Positions 46,258-64,000 of a stretch of DNA of 64,000 bases are shown here, piece after piece. The first letter of the stretch is position 1. Each line of letters starts with the position of its first letter. This stretch comes from the human T2T-CHM13v2.0 reference genome, Homo sapiens: NCBI RefSeq assembly GCF_009914755.1, contig NC_060947.1. One strand, given 5' to 3'. A program made the translations under genes and the position numbers. A model generated the notes under the pieces. The model saw nothing but the letters and a program-made list of their open reading frames with translations, made no database searches and was not told the DNA's origin.

Positions 46258-46455
46258 TTGTGTTTCACAAAGTATGTTTGTGTGAATCACCTGCATCCAG
46301 ACAGACTTGTATTAAATACAGATTCCAGGGCCCTACCTCAGGCCTACGGAATCAGAATTTCAGGAAGTGATGCCAAGAGTTTGAATTTTTAGCAAATGAC
46401 TCATACTCTGCCACACAAGATGATTCGTATTCCCACTACAGTTTGAGAACCACTG
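46258..46455. mobile_element. MER5-type hAT DNA element
   Basis: Contains CAGATTCCAGGGCCCTACCTCAGGCCTACGGAATCAGAAT and terminal GTTTGAGAACCACTG. Confidence 0.7.
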
Positions 46456-46747
46456 GTATGTTGGGTACTGAGCATGTTAACAAATAAGAGTAGGTTTAAC
46501 AGTTAATCGAAGACTAGACAAGGATTTGTTCATCTCTTTTTATGTTTATGCCATTAAATAAGAGAAGCTGGGCTTGTTAGGTGGGAAATAATAGCACATA
46601 TTCATAGGCAGACATAAGGAAAATAATCTTAAACTCATGCCATATGGTTTTAGTAATGTTTTGTTTATGAAGGGTCTTACCATTCCTTTCTTGTGGAAGC
46701 TTTGAGTTATTTTCACTTTGTTTCTGTTATGGATAATGCCTTTATAC

Positions 46748-47010
46748 TGGCAGTGTACAGTAAAAGGCTAAGATTATGAGCTCTAGAACCATACTGCCTA
46801 GGTTTAAATTGCAGCTCCACACTTACTAGCTCTGTAATTTGGGGGAAATTATTTAAGTCATCTGTGCTTCAGTTTTCTCATCTATAATAGAAGTATCATA
46901 ATAGTGTATAATCTCATTGAGTTGTGAGGATTAAATGGATTAATAATTATAAAGTATTTAAAATGGTACCTGGCACATAGTAAACAATAAATATAGGCTA
47001 TTTTTATTGT
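46748..47010 (+). mobile_element. MIR SINE
   Basis: Core CTGTGCTTCAGTTTTCTCATCTATAA and GTTGTGAGGATTAAATG...CCTGGCACATAGTAA. Confidence 0.8.
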
Positions 47011-47460
47011 TAATAGTTATCTTTGTGAATCTAGAGTCTTAACTTCTGTTGAACTATTTCTCTAGGATAAATTTTCAGGATGGAATTTCTACATTAAAGA
47101 ATGAAGACATCTTTATGTCCCTTTGCTATCTATAGTCATTGCTTTTCAAAAGGGTGATATCTGTTTGTGCTATAATAATTTGTAAATGCAAGCTATCAAT
47201 GGTGTGTGTGTGTGTGTATGTGTTTTGTATGTCTCTTTATATGAATGCATACAAGCATGGCTTAGGTTGTAAGTTTGTAGAAAACTTTGACCTTCTTTTT
47301 AAGCCTGCTCTTAAGTCTGTTGTTAAGTTTCATGTTATAGTGCCTCGTTAGATACTATCTCCAGGTAGTATGTTGATAAATGATAGTAAGTTACCTTTGA
47401 AAGATTATGTCAAAGAAATATTCTAAATCTGTGTCTTTTTCCTTTTGATAGACTGAAGCC

Positions 47461-47606
47461 ATGGCGATTCTTTTTGCTGTTGTTGCCAGGGGGACCACTA
47501 TCCTTGCCAAACATGCTTGGTGTGGAGGAAACTTCCTGGAGGTGACAGAGCAGATTCTGGCTAAGATACCTTCTGAAAATAACAAACTAACGTACTCACA
47601 TGGCAA
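47461..47606 (+). CDS. VAMP7: VAMP7 exon 2, coding part (aa 1-48; exon starts 47452)
   Basis: MAILFAVVARGTTILAKHAWCGGNFLEVTEQILAKIPSENNKLTYSHG. Kozak GCCATGG, acceptor TTTTGATAG, donor AA|GTGAGT. Confidence 0.98.
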
Positions 47607-48340
47607 GTGAGTTCTGTTCTGCATGTGGTAAGGGATGAAAGAAGGGAATTCTGTTACTCTAATCAGAACGGTAGAAAAGTAGAAAACAAGCTTCTAGGTA
47701 CATAATTTGAATAAGCTGACAGAATAGTAACCTTCACCAACTTAGAAAATATATCTGGTTTTGTTACTTATAAATTTAACTTGTAATTATTTTATTCTAT
47801 TATTGAAGTGATATTTTATTTTGAAGAAAGATGGAAATGTTAAATGTAAAAATGACTTTGCTCTAGAGCTGTGTGATATGTGAAATAATTCAGATAAGAT
47901 AGATAATGTTCCTTTGTTCATTCTTTCAGTAAATATTTACTGAGCACTTAACTATTGCCAGGCACTTTGCTTGGTGCTGGGGATATAACAAGATATGTGG
48001 TATTTGCCCTCATAAGGGTTATAGTTTAATGAGGGAGAAAGTCAAATCCACGATGTCAAGGGTTGGGGGGATGGGAAGTAGTAGATAGGAGAATGGTATT
48101 CCAAGTAGAAGGAACAGCAGGTAGAGAAGTATGGAGGCATGAGATCATAGGGCGGGCATATTTAGGGAACTGCAGACTGTTCTCTGTGACTGGTGCCCAG
48201 GATGGTGAAAATAAAGCTAGAGAGATGGGTAGAAGAAAAGTCATGTAGGGCCTTGTAGGCCATATTAAGAGCTTGGACTTTACCTTGTGGGCAGTGGAAA
48301 GGCATTGAAGGTTTTCAGCCAGGGTGTGACAGAGTCAGGT

Positions 48341-48654
<314 letters not shown>

Positions 48655-50721
48655 CTTCAGTCAGTTTTTGCTTTAGAAAGATCACTCTGGTGGCTTATTA
48701 GAGTGGCCATAGTTGGGAAATCTTAGTAATTAGTTTTAAAAAGTGCCTCAACCTTCCCCGTTGGCACTTAAAAATCTTTTCTTACTTAACCCAGCCTTAC
48801 TTCCTTAGTTCTTATCTCAGAATGAGGTCCTTATTACTTTCTATGGCTAACCCCTTATACAGTTTAAGGTGTACTCTAAGCTACTATGAGAGAGACCCCC
48901 AAGATACAGTATTAATTTTAATGAGATAGTCCAGAGATGAGTGGTTTGGGATGTTGGGGTGGCTCTGCCATTTCCAATTCCCTAATTCCCAAAGCAATTA
49001 GTGCTTTCCACTTCTGGCCAAGGCAGCTCCTTTGGTGCTTGTTATATCCCAGTGCTTGCCCAGTAATTTTAAAGGCAGGGCCCAGAAGTGGCCTGATATT
49101 GTTGAGAAGCTTCCACTTACATCTTACTGTTCACTACACAGTCATGTAGCTAGCATAGCTAGAAGGGAGGCCAGGAATTGTCATCTCTGGCTATGTAGTC
49201 GTAGGCTCAACTAAAACTCTGTTACTCTGGAGGAAGTTATAGGATATCAGGGGATGACTTGCAGTCTTCCAGTCTACTCTCCTGGCCACCCAGATATTTC
49301 AGTGAACCTTTCTTCCCAAACATAGAATACGCCTCTTCTCTGAGAGAGGTAGCTCCAAAGACCTATCTAGTCACTGTGTTTGGCTCCAAGTCCAGCATGT
49401 CTAGGTGGTACACAGTCCTATCCATCAGGCCCTGGTGTGGCTCCTGTGGTCCACTGACCATAAAGTAAAAGATAAGTCATATGTTTTCCCTGCTTTCCCA
49501 GCCTAACCCAGTAGACAATGGTGAAATAAGAAAAGGATCATCACAGTGAGAGTTACAAACTCCCATTTGGAAAAGGGAAGAATGAGAAACATGTAGAAGT
49601 CATTGCTTTCCAGTAATGATCAAATAATTGCCTCACACAATTTCAAAGACTCCCTATTCTGACCAGGAAGTGGTTAGTGGTTCTGCTTTCTTGGAGGAAC
49701 TCCCTCACCCTTTTTCCCTGACTCCTGGCTTTGTTCTCCAGGAAGTTTTTCCTTTCTGGCCACATCCAAAATGGTAGTTAGAGAGTATATCATCTTTGGG
49801 AATTGTACCCATTTTGTAGTCCTCTTGCTGCCAGCGTAGGTTTGTGGGCCTAGAGGTTAGGGGTTAAATAATCTTAGCTTCTTATGATTTTGGCTTTATA
49901 CTTTCTCTAAAAATGTATTAGACTTACAGTCTTTGTGTTTCTAGGCAGTTCCTGGGAAAATGTCCAGGGAAAGCACATGTAGTCGTCCTTTTAGAGGCAA
50001 GACTGGGAAATAGGGCATATATCTTCCACTCATGTATTATGAGCCAGAATTTAGTCACAGCCATATGTAGCTTTAAGAGAGTATAGAATATGTAATCCAA
50101 TTAAAATGCAGTTATAGTAGAAGGAGATGTTATCTGTCTGCCATGCCTCTCTGCCTGTGTCTCTGATCTAGCTGTGTTATTTCGAGCTTTGGTACCTTTT
50201 TTTCATGCTTTTGTTATCTTCTAGGAATGCTGTTCTCCCCCTAAGCCTCCTTGTAAACTTTTGCTCACTTTACAGGTCCCAAGCGAAATACTTTCTTAAT
50301 TTGTACTTTAATGCTTCTAAAAGGGCAGTTCTGATCATATTCCTTCCTTCAACAGATACTGTCTGCCCTCAAGGTAAAATTCCTTAACGGGACTTGGAAT
50401 ATTCTTCAAGATCTGCCACTTTTTCCTTCTGTGGGCTCATCTTTTACTACTTTAGTCCTCAGTTTTGCTTTCCAGCCATACTTCATACTTAGCCATTTAC
50501 AATTCAATGCTAGGTTCTTTCTCTCTTCCTAGCCTTTGCAATAGCTGTTACCTTTTACTGGAATATATTTATCTACTTAATTTTTTAAAAATCTCACTTT
50601 GTGTGCCTGAGCTTAGATGTTTCCTTTTCCAGAAACCCCTGAACATTAACACTGAGTCAGGCACCGCAATCAGACACTCTTTTTATGTGTCTACATAGCA
50701 TCTAGTTTGTTCATATTGTAA

Positions 50722-51059
<338 letters not shown>

Positions 51060-51477
51060 TAATTGAAATGATTGTTTATTTCTGTACCCTGACTGTAGGC
51101 TTCTTGATGGCAGGGATCATACCTTGTTACCTTTTGTGGCCTGTGCACCAAGTGACTTACAAGTCTGGTTTAGGAGAAACAAATTTTATGGGGAAAGTGA
51201 TGACTTTCATTCTGGGCATGTCATGTTTAAGCTGTCTATGGTATGTCCAGTTGGATATGTCTAGTAGACAGTAGTGTAGGTAGTCCTGGAGCTCAGGAGA
51301 TAGGTCAGATGGAGATTTGGGAATCATTGGCATAATTGTGGTAGCTGAAAACAAACTACAACAAAACATGAGAGTGCATGCTGCCCTCCAGGGAGTAAGT
51401 AAGTGTGAAAAAAGCAGGAGGCTAAGGAAGCTAGAAAACGTTAGTGTAGAGGGAAAGGGACTATGATATAAACCAGG

Positions 51478-51822
51478 TATATTAGCCTGCTTGGGCTGCT
51501 ATAACAAAATACCATAGACTGAGTGGCTTGAACAACAGATACTTGTTTCTCACAGTTCTGGAGACTGCGTGAGGTGCCCGCTAATTCAGTTCTTGATGAG
51601 GGCCTTCTTCCTGGCTGGCAGATGGCCACCTTCTTGCTGTGTTCTCAGGTGGTGGAAAGAGAGTGATCTTTTTCTTCCTCTTTTTTAAAGCCACTAATCC
51701 CATCACGAGGACCCCACCCTCATGACCTCATCTAATCTTAAGTGCCTCCCAAAGGCCTTGTCTCCAAATATAGTCACACTGTAACATATGAATTTTGAAA
51801 GGACACAGTTCAGTCTATAGCA
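51478..51822 (-). mobile_element. MLT1A-type solo LTR
   Basis: Runs GGGCTGCTATAACAAAATACCATAGACTG to CAGTCTATAGCA. Confidence 0.85.
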
Positions 51823-52361
51823 CCAGGCAAGCCTGATGTCAAGAAATCTAGTGAAGATAAAACACTTTCCAAAAGGAAGTGGTCAACACTATCATATGTT
51901 TCAGAGAGAGCCACTGGATATGGCAATGTGGAAGTCATTGGTGGAAATGGTGCAAATAGTTTTAGAGTATTGGAGGAAAAGATTTTGCCTGAGTTCCTGT
52001 ATCTCCTTGTAATTCATGTCAGTCCTCTGTGAACATTAATATAATTCAACAGGTACCCCTATCTATCCACTTGCCCAAGGTACAAATGTGGGAGGCAAAA
52101 TTTAGTTAACCTGTCTCACGCCAGTCACCAAGTTCTATAAATGCTGCCTCCTATCTCTTCTCTGTCCCTTTTTCTTTATTACCCATTCTACTTTAGTTTA
52201 TTTCCCTCCTCATTTCTTACCCGGTATACTGCAGTAGTCTCCTGTCTGGTCCTCCTTTGAGTCAGTTTTCCGCACTCTAGCCAATGTGTCCTTTGTTTTT
52301 TTTTTTTTTTTTTTTTTAATGTGTCCTTTTTAAAGTGCAAATCTGATCACACCCTCCCTAG

Positions 52362-53210
<849 letters not shown>

Positions 53211-53616
53211 TGAGAATTTGGTAGAAAAGATGTTTGCTTTAAGAACTTAGGAAAAAGCAAAGAAAACCATATGGCCTATTGGGGGTTAATCTTAATTACA
53301 TCCTCCTCCTAAGATGTCATCTCTTGTTCATGCTTTAAGAGTCCAATTATGCTTTTGCAGCTATCGTTCTAATGGGTAATACACATGCTGTTGTGCTATG
53401 TAGCTAGAATAGAGATCTTTTTATTTCTTATGTACTTCTATCAGTTTGACTTGAAAGAAACAGGTATATTGGGAAGGGGAAGAGGGAGAAGAGACTGTAT
53501 CCGTAAGTAATATGGTGACATTGGCAGTACTGAACGTGCTTATACATAGATAGAAGATAGAAGTAAAAGTGATGTTGCTTATAACCACAGTAAGTTTTAT
53601 ATCTTTTATTCTACAG

Positions 53617-53674
53617 TTATTTGTTTCATTACATCTGCCAAGACAGGATTGTATATCTTTGTATCACTGATGAT
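53617..53674 (+). CDS. VAMP7: VAMP7 exon 3 (aa 49-68)
   Basis: (N)YLFHYICQDRIVYLCITDD. Acceptor TTCTACAG, donor GAT|GTAAGT; phase matches exon 2. Confidence 0.97.
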
Positions 53675-53747
53675 GTAAGTAACTTGAAGACATATTGCTA
53701 TTTAACTATGTGTACTGTTAATACAGCCAGTTCTTAATTATCTATAC

Positions 53748-54081
53748 CAGGGGTCCCCAACCCCCAGGCTGCAGACCGGTACAGGTCTGTGGCTTGTTAG
53801 GAACCAGGCCACATAGCAGGAGGTGAGTGGCCTATGAGCATTACCACCTGAGTTCTGCCTCCTGTCAGATCAGCAGCAGCATTAGATTCTCATATGAGTG
53901 TGAACCCTGTTGTGAACTCTGCATCCGAGGGATCTAAATTGCATGCTCCTTAGGAGAATCTAATGCCTGATGATCTGAGGTGGAACAGTTTAATCCCGAA
54001 ACCATTCACCCTCCCCCAGTCCTTGGAAAAATTGTCTTCTACAAAACCGGTCCCTGGTGCCAAAAAGGTTGGGGACTGCTG
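53748..54081. mobile_element. MER1B-like hAT-Charlie MITE
   Basis: TIRs CAGGGGTCCCCAACC and GGTTGGGGACTGCTG; 8-bp TSD ATCTATAC/ATCTGTAC. Confidence 0.9.
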
Positions 54082-54798
54082 ATCTGTACCTATAGTGGGC
54101 AAACGTGATGCGAACTTTACATAGCTGGAATTGTTAATATTTTGCATTTGTCATATAGAGCAGCAAATGTTAAGAAAACTTGATACTGGGGTATGTGCAA
54201 ATCAACTCAATTTTGGTAGAGTTTTAGCTTAGCCTCTTGCAACTTCTATATTTATTCTATTTTGTAGTGAGAATTGATGTTCATAATTATAATTCTTTGA
54301 TATCAAAACCTCTCAAAAATTGTTTACGTGGAATGTTAAATTAGATAGCATCATTTCTTCTATCAGTAGTTAATGAATCCTTTAATGTATGTGAACTTTG
54401 GAAAAACAAAATTACAATACATTATGATCAGCTATATAAACCTGTAGTTTACATTGGTTAGGTATGACTGTTTGTCGGCTCTCAGCCCAAAATTCTCAGT
54501 AACTTAATGATGTCATTAAGGTCCTTTCTCTTCTCTGCTTATCTCCGTGTCTCCTTCTTCCCAGACAGGTTGCCATTATGGTTTCGTAGAGCTACATACT
54601 TATTTATTCATGTCCGGAGTAGAGGGACTGTGTCTTCTTGAGTGTCTTATTGTAGGAATGAGGAAGCTTTTCCCAGCTGCATGCCCTCCCCTCCCCCTGC
54701 TTTCAAAGTGAACTTCCTTTCATGTCTTATTGGCTGCATGCTCATTTCTAAACTGCCTACTGGCAAAGAGACTTGGAATTGGCATGGTTGCCATAGAT

Positions 54799-55303
54799 CA
54801 GGGTTCCTAATCTTTATTGTATCACAGACTCGTCACTTGTGGGACACTCCCAGAATGTTTTTGTTTTCTTTTTTTAATTTTCCTTTTCCAGAATGCTTTT
54901 AAATGTATAAAACACACACAATTCTAACAAAGCCAATTATATTGAAATATATATATATATAGTATTCAAAATATTTTAAAAACTTGATGTAGTAATATAT
55001 ATGCTTCTTTATGAACTCATTAACAAGATCTAGTCATAGGTCTAATAACTAATAGTCTTGATGTGATGGGTGTTGACAGTATTTTGAGATATCTGTAACT
55101 GTGATGGTATACAAAAAAAGATTTCTGTTGGTGACAGTTACAGGTACTGTTTAATACTACCCCGATTATGAATATACAACCTATATTCACAATTGAAATA
55201 TAAGTTAACGATTGATAAAAATAATGATGTGATTTTCTTTTTTTCTATCCAAGTTCAAAGGCCCCTTGAATTTGGACCATTGACCCCAATTTAAGAACCC
55301 TTG
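54799..55303. mobile_element. Non-autonomous hAT-Charlie-like element
   Basis: Ends CAGGGTTCCTAA and TTAAGAACCCTTG; flanking 8-mers CCATAGAT and GCTTAGAC. Confidence 0.55.
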
Positions 55304-56105
55304 GCTTAGACTAAGCATCTTGGGTGAAAGGGAAATGACTGTCAACCATAGTGATCATCACAATGATTTTTATCTCTGGCTTCACAATATTTTCCAAAAG
55401 TACGAAAAAATCTAGCTATATGTGAAATGACTGATGTGAAACAGCTTGGAATAGAAGGAAAATACTAATGAAATCTGGGATAGTTAGAGTCGAGCCTCAT
55501 ATTTCTTGAGCTATAATTTGATACACACATATACATGTATACATAAACACACATACACACATTCATTTTTTTCCTCTAAGGTATTCTTACAGAGAACACA
55601 CATACTTTTTGGCTGGCTGGGATTAGACATGAGTATGTCACTTGATCTTTTCAAATATACCACCACTATTGAAAAAATTCGATTTGAAGTTAATATCAGT
55701 AGTAGTATCTGTATGTGTGAAAGACTCTATGATTATTATGGGATTTATTAAACATATTCTTGTGCTGGGCCTTCTAATAGATCTTATGAAATATATGGAG
55801 GAAGTAAAATTCAATTCCTGATGTCAAGAAGTTGATAACCTAGGTATCATTATCTTCAGTTGTCAATGACCAGATATATCTGGATTCATTCTCAGCTCTT
55901 TCATTTACTAGTTGTTGGACCTTTGGACAAGTTAGTTACTTTTTCAGAGCCTTCCTTTACTTATCTTTAAGATAGGATCAATGCTAGTTCCTCCTCAGAT
56001 AATCATTGCTCAGTAAATGTTAGCTGTTTTTTATTGTTGTTCTTAATCACTCACATCATCTTTGTTTACTTTCTAAATGTGAGTTCTGTGTTGATCTCTT
56101 TTCAG

Positions 56106-56243
56106 GATTTTGAACGTTCCCGAGCCTTTAATTTTCTGAATGAGATAAAGAAGAGGTTCCAGACTACTTACGGTTCAAGAGCACAGACAGCACTTCCATA
56201 TGCCATGAATAGCGAGTTCTCAAGTGTCTTAGCTGCACAGCTG
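56106..56243 (+). CDS. VAMP7: VAMP7 exon 4 (aa 69-114)
   Basis: DFERSRAFNFLNEIKKRFQTTYGSRAQTALPYAMNSEFSSVLAAQL. Acceptor CTCTTTTCAG, donor CTG|GTAAGA. Confidence 0.98.
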
Positions 56244-56639
56244 GTAAGATCTTTCTCAGGATAAGGTATTTTGATTTATATCTTCTTCATTACCTTCAAA
56301 CACTATGAATCTAGGGGGCCCTGACCTGCAATATAGTTTTCTGATTGTGTTACTGTAAGCCAACATAATAAAACTTCCCTGATTAAAAAAAAAATGTAAA
56401 GGGGCCATTTTAGGGTAGAAAACAGTGATAGTCTTTATTATCTCTATTAATAGTGGTCACAGTGTCTCATGATTGGAAGAGCATTAAAGATCATCTAGTT
56501 GAACTACCCATCTGATGCTTAAATGTGTTCAGCATGCCAAATGATCTTTTAAACTATACGTAAACCTTCTACCCTTCCATGAGGGAAATTTAATTTTCTA
56601 ACAACCCAAATTAATAATTTGAAACTCTCCTCATCTGTA

Positions 56640-57370
56640 TGAATCCCTAATTGTCAGCTTAGTGAGGTTTTACATGTGAATATACCTGTGAAATACCACT
56701 GTACTTAAGACAGCATTTTAATCACCCTAAAAGTTCCCTCATATCCCTTACCAGTTGGTCCCCTCCCCTACACTTTGCCCCAGGCAACCACGGATCTGTT
56801 TTCTATCACTATAAATTAGTTTTGTCTTTCATAGAACTTTCTGTAAATAGAATCATACAGTATGTAAACTTTGTGTAAATGGAATCATACAGTATGTACT
56901 TTTTTGTGTCTTGCTTGTTTCAGTCAGTGTAAGGCTCTTGATATTCTTCCATGTTGTATAAATCAGTAGTTTGTTCCCCTTTTTGCTAAGTAGTAGTATA
57001 TGCATATACCACAATTTGTTTATCCATCCACCTGTTGCTGGATATTTGGGTTGCTTCCAGTTTTCAGCTATCATGAATAAAGCTGCTGTTAACCTCCATG
57101 TATAAGTCTTTGTGTGGACATATGTTTTTATTTCTCTCTGATAAATACCTAGGAATGGAATTGCTGGGTCATATGGTAGGTGATGTGTAATTGAAAAAAA
57201 AAAATCACCACTTTTTTTTCCAAAGTGGTTGTACCATTTTATATTCTCACCAGCAGTTCCAGTGTCTCTGCGTCCTTGCCAGTACTTGATGTGGTCTTAA
57301 GTTTTGCCATTCCAGTTGATGTGTAATGGTATCTCATTGTGGTTTTAATTTATGTTTTCATGATGTCAGA
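56640..57370 (-). mobile_element. Old L1 (L1MB/MC/ME-type) 3' end
   Basis: Contains AATGGAATCATACAGTATGTAC and ATACCTAGGAATGGAATTGCTGGGTCATATGG. Confidence 0.82.
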
Positions 57371-58490
57371 CACCTTTCGAAATGCTTCCCTTTTATCCAT
57401 GAAACTATTTGAGTATAAAGACGTAAGCTCTAGCTATGATTTTGTTGTGAGTTTAAAAAAAAGCTGTATTGTAATGGAATACTTTCACTTCTCCTGTGGT
57501 TTTAATACTCTGAGTATTACATTTCTAAATTTTATGCACACACACACACACGCACACACATACTCTTCTGGCAATAAAGTCCCTTTAAATTGGTTACTTA
57601 TAAACCTTTATTATTCAAGCAGTTGGTTTGTTTCATACTCCCCACTAGGAAATGTTCATCTGTGTAAAACTGTGTAAAACACTACCCACAACAAAAATAC
57701 CAGTACTTAGTCAAAAGTAAAGGGTCAGCTAGAAACAAAACTTTCAAATTAACCAATTTGTCATTAGCTCTAGATCTGTGTGACCTTCTGAACAAAATCT
57801 CTACCTGTTCCTTTGTCTGTAAATAGAGATAATAGCATCGTTTCATAGAGTTTTGGGGTGGATTAAATAATATCCCGTTTGAAGCACTTAACACAATGAA
57901 ATGACTGGAACATTGTGTATTAAGCACCCCATAATTGCTAGCTATGGATAAATAATTTCAAACTATATATTATCAGTGTCTTAGATTCTAGATCCTGTGA
58001 GAAGCCAATAAAAATAGTTTATATGCTGTGATCCTGGCAGATACAAGAACAGATTCTGAGAAGCTGGGCCAGCCCCTACCTCATCATACTCAAGAAGTGG
58101 GGAACAATTTTGCAGCATTCTTTCCCCCACTGCCCCAACTACAGTCTTCTTTTTCTCCTTTCTTCCTTGTCTGAGCACAGATTATATATCCCCCCCAATC
58201 TCTGCCCCACAAGTCACATGTATATTTGATATAATGTTTATTTTTATTTTATTTAAAATAAGGTAATTTTTAGACTACATACTTATAGTTTGTATAGAAG
58301 CATTTTTTATGCTGCCCATATTTTTTCCTGGGTATTGTAACATTTTTCCAGTGAAGTGACATGTATCTTTTATATCAATAGAGACATAATTTTATAGCAT
58401 TCCTCAGTGTAAATTGTCATTCCCCTTATTTTTGTTTTCCTATTGTAAATAATGTCTAGGTACCATAAGTTAAAACTTATTTTCTTATAG

Positions 58491-58581
58491 AAGCATCACT
58501 CTGAGAATAAGGGCCTAGACAAAGTGATGGAGACTCAAGCCCAAGTGGATGAACTGAAAGGAATCATGGTCAGAAACATAG
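58491..58581 (+). CDS. VAMP7: VAMP7 exon 5 (aa 115-144, start of R-SNARE motif); gene continues beyond the window
   Basis: KHHSENKGLDKVMETQAQVDELKGIMVRNI. Acceptor TTTTCTTATAG, donor AG|GTATGT. Confidence 0.97.
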
Positions 58582-59418
58582 GTATGTTTCATGGCATAGT
58601 TTCATGCATGTGGGCAAAAATGATAAAGATTACTTGACTGGGGTCAAATTATTCTAGAGAAGCCAAAATAGCACTTCCTTATTCTTACCATTGGAAGTTA
58701 ATTGTCAGCTGAGACAACTGTGATACTGTCTGCTTGTGCAAATGGTTTCTTCTTTGTCCTTGCAACTATTCTTCATTCTAAATTTACTAGTTTGCTTAAC
58801 AAGACTAATTTCTAAGAACCTTATGATAATTCAGCAGTTTAGAATAATTTGGTCAGTGTGATTGTACAGTATTTCACTGAGTTAATGTATCACGGGTTAC
58901 CTAACCTTGCCTGAATTTTGGACGCATAGGTTCTTTAGCACAGTGTTAGAGTGCTGTTTTGCAACCAGATAAGGAGCTTGCTGAAGAATGTCAATCAATA
59001 TTGTGCTTCCTTCACTGAGGCCCTCTTGCTATGAAAATGTCAATTGGACTGAACAGTATGCTTAGAGACTTAGTCAACCAGTTGCAAATACTCTTAAGTA
59101 GGACTGATTTAGAAGTTTATCCTACAGTAGTAACCATACTGTTATATTTTTGTGCCTATTATGTTTTTCTTATTTTCTTGAGATTAATTATCAGGAATGG
59201 GATTAATAATCAAAATGCGCAAACGTTTTCGTGGTTCTTGATATGTACGTCTTGGCTATTTAAAGTGATTTCCTTTAATTGATTTTAGTTTTAATTATAT
59301 ATCTAGATAGAGACTAGAGAATCTGTTGAGACAACTACTATTTATTTTTATTCTTTTTTTTGTCACCAAATGTATTTATTTTGCCCGAAAGTGGAGGCAG
59401 ACAATTGCTACAATATTA

Positions 59419-62370
<2,952 letters not shown>

Positions 62371-62414
62371 AGCAAATTTAAAATGTGACAAGAACATTCC
62401 TAGTTAATTCCCTT

Positions 62415-64000
62415 TCATTTTTTTAACAGCTTAATTGAAATATAATTCACATATCATATAATTCACCCATTTAAAGTATACAGTCAGTGGTTACTATATT
62501 CACAGAATTGTACAACCATTGCTGCGATCAATTTTGTAACATTTTTATCATCCCTAAATGAAGCCCTGTACTCATTTGCAGTTGCTCCTCAACTCTCAGA
62601 CCTAAGCAACAATTAATTCCCTTTTCTTCTTCATAAATTTGCCTATTCTGGACATTTCGTATAAATGGAATCTTGTAATATGTGGCCTTTTGTGTCTTCG
62701 TTCACTTAGCGTAATGATTGTGAGATTCATTCATGTCGTAGCATAAATCAATACTTAATTCTTTTTTATGACTAATAATTCCAATGCATTAATGCATTTT
62801 ATGTATCTACTCATTAGTTCATGGTCTGGTTATTATAAATAATGCTGCTATGAACATTTGTGTACAAGTTTTTGTGTGAGCATATATATATATTATATAT
62901 TATATATATATATATATGTTTTTGGTTCTCTTGCTTACATACCTAGGAATAGAATTGCTGGATCACATGGCAACTTTGTAACATTTTGAAGAAGGGCCAA
63001 ACTTTCCTAAAGTGACTGCACCTTTATACATTCCTAATAGCAATGTATGAGGATTCTGATTCCTCCACATCCTTGCCAAAACTTATCTTTTTTGATTATA
63101 CCCAGTCTAGTGAAATGGTACTTTATTGTGATTTTGATTTGCATTTCCCTGATGACTAATGATGTTGAGCATTTTTTCATGTGCTTATAGGCCATTCGTA
63201 TATTTTCTTTACCTTTGGAGAAATGTCTATTTAAAAATACTTTATTGTTTTTAAGTGGGTTATTTGTCTTTTTATGGTTGAGCTATAACAGTACTTTATA
63301 TATTCTGGATACTAGACCCTTATCAGATACATGATTTTCAAATATTTTGCTCTATTCTGTGAGTTGTCTTTTCATTTTCTTGATGGTGTTCTTTGAAGCA
63401 CAACAGTTTTTATGAAGTCCAATTTATTTTTTTCTTTAGTTTGTGCTTTGAATAACATATCTAAGAAACTGTCGCCTAAGCCAAGATCATGAAGATTTAC
63501 TACTTTGTTTTCTTCTAAGACTAGTTTTAGCTCTTACATTTCTATCTATGATCTATTTTGAGTTAATGTTTATGTATGGAATAAAGAAGAGATCCAACTT
63601 AATTCTGTTGAATATGTATATACAGTTGTTCCAGAACCATTTGCTGAAAAGGCTTTTCTTTCCCTGTTGAATGATCTTAGCATTCTTATCAAAAATTAGT
63701 TATCAATGGATGTATAGCTTTGTTTCTGGACCTTCAGTTCTGTTCAGTTTATCTTTATGCCAGTACCAGGCTGTCATGATTATTATAGCTTTGTAGTAGG
63801 TTTTAAAATCAGGAAATATTCATCTTCCAACTTTATTCTTTCTCAAAATTGCTTTGACTATTCTGGGTACCTTTCATTTTCATGAACTTTAGGATGAGCT
63901 TGTCAATTTCAGATAGCAAAAAAAGCTATCTGGGATTTTGATAGGGATTGTGTTGAATCTGTAGATCAATTAGGGGAGCCATTTTAACAATATTAAACTT
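62415..64000 (-). mobile_element. Old L1MB-type 3' region running off the window; (TA)n at 62882-62917
   Basis: Contains TATAATTCACATATCATATAATTCACCCATTTAAAGT and GATTTGCATTTCCCTGATGACTAATGATGTTGAGC. Confidence 0.88.

Noticed and set aside
56034-56264. ORF-track start and end around exon 4
   Set aside because: Only 56106-56243 is exonic; the flanks are intron read-through.

Overview
Primate, very likely human, genomic DNA, about 40% GC and dominated by repeats. The window holds the 5' half of VAMP7 (SYBL1/TI-VAMP) on the + strand: a CpG-island promoter, non-coding exon 1 (donor at 39440) and coding exons 2-5 (47461-47606, 53617-53674, 56106-56243, 58491-58581). These splice in frame to residues 1-144, the longin domain plus the start of the SNARE motif. 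A DPH3 processed pseudogene lies about 5.5 kb upstream. From recalled gene order this is the Xq/Yq pseudoautosomal region PAR2; X and Y cannot be told apart here. The rest is mostly L1, Alu, L2/MIR, LTRs (THE1, LTR12, LTR10, LTR3, MER4, MER41, MLT/MST) and hAT DNA elements. Nearly all ORFs in the supplied track are repeat-derived or chance. I found no prokaryote-style novel system. The best leads are: (1) a speculative chain of exon-like, non-repetitive minus-strand blocks from about 36 kb to 3 kb, possibly a dead gene head-to-head with VAMP7; (2) an orphan CpG-rich island at 32.2-33.1 kb; (3) retrotransposition fossils: two L1 3' transductions, an orphan polyadenylated insert, a tailless U2 retrocopy and two twin-primed L1s; (4) a perfect 16-bp x7 minisatellite. 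Repeat subfamily names are from memory of consensus sequences, and boundaries without a TSD are approximate.
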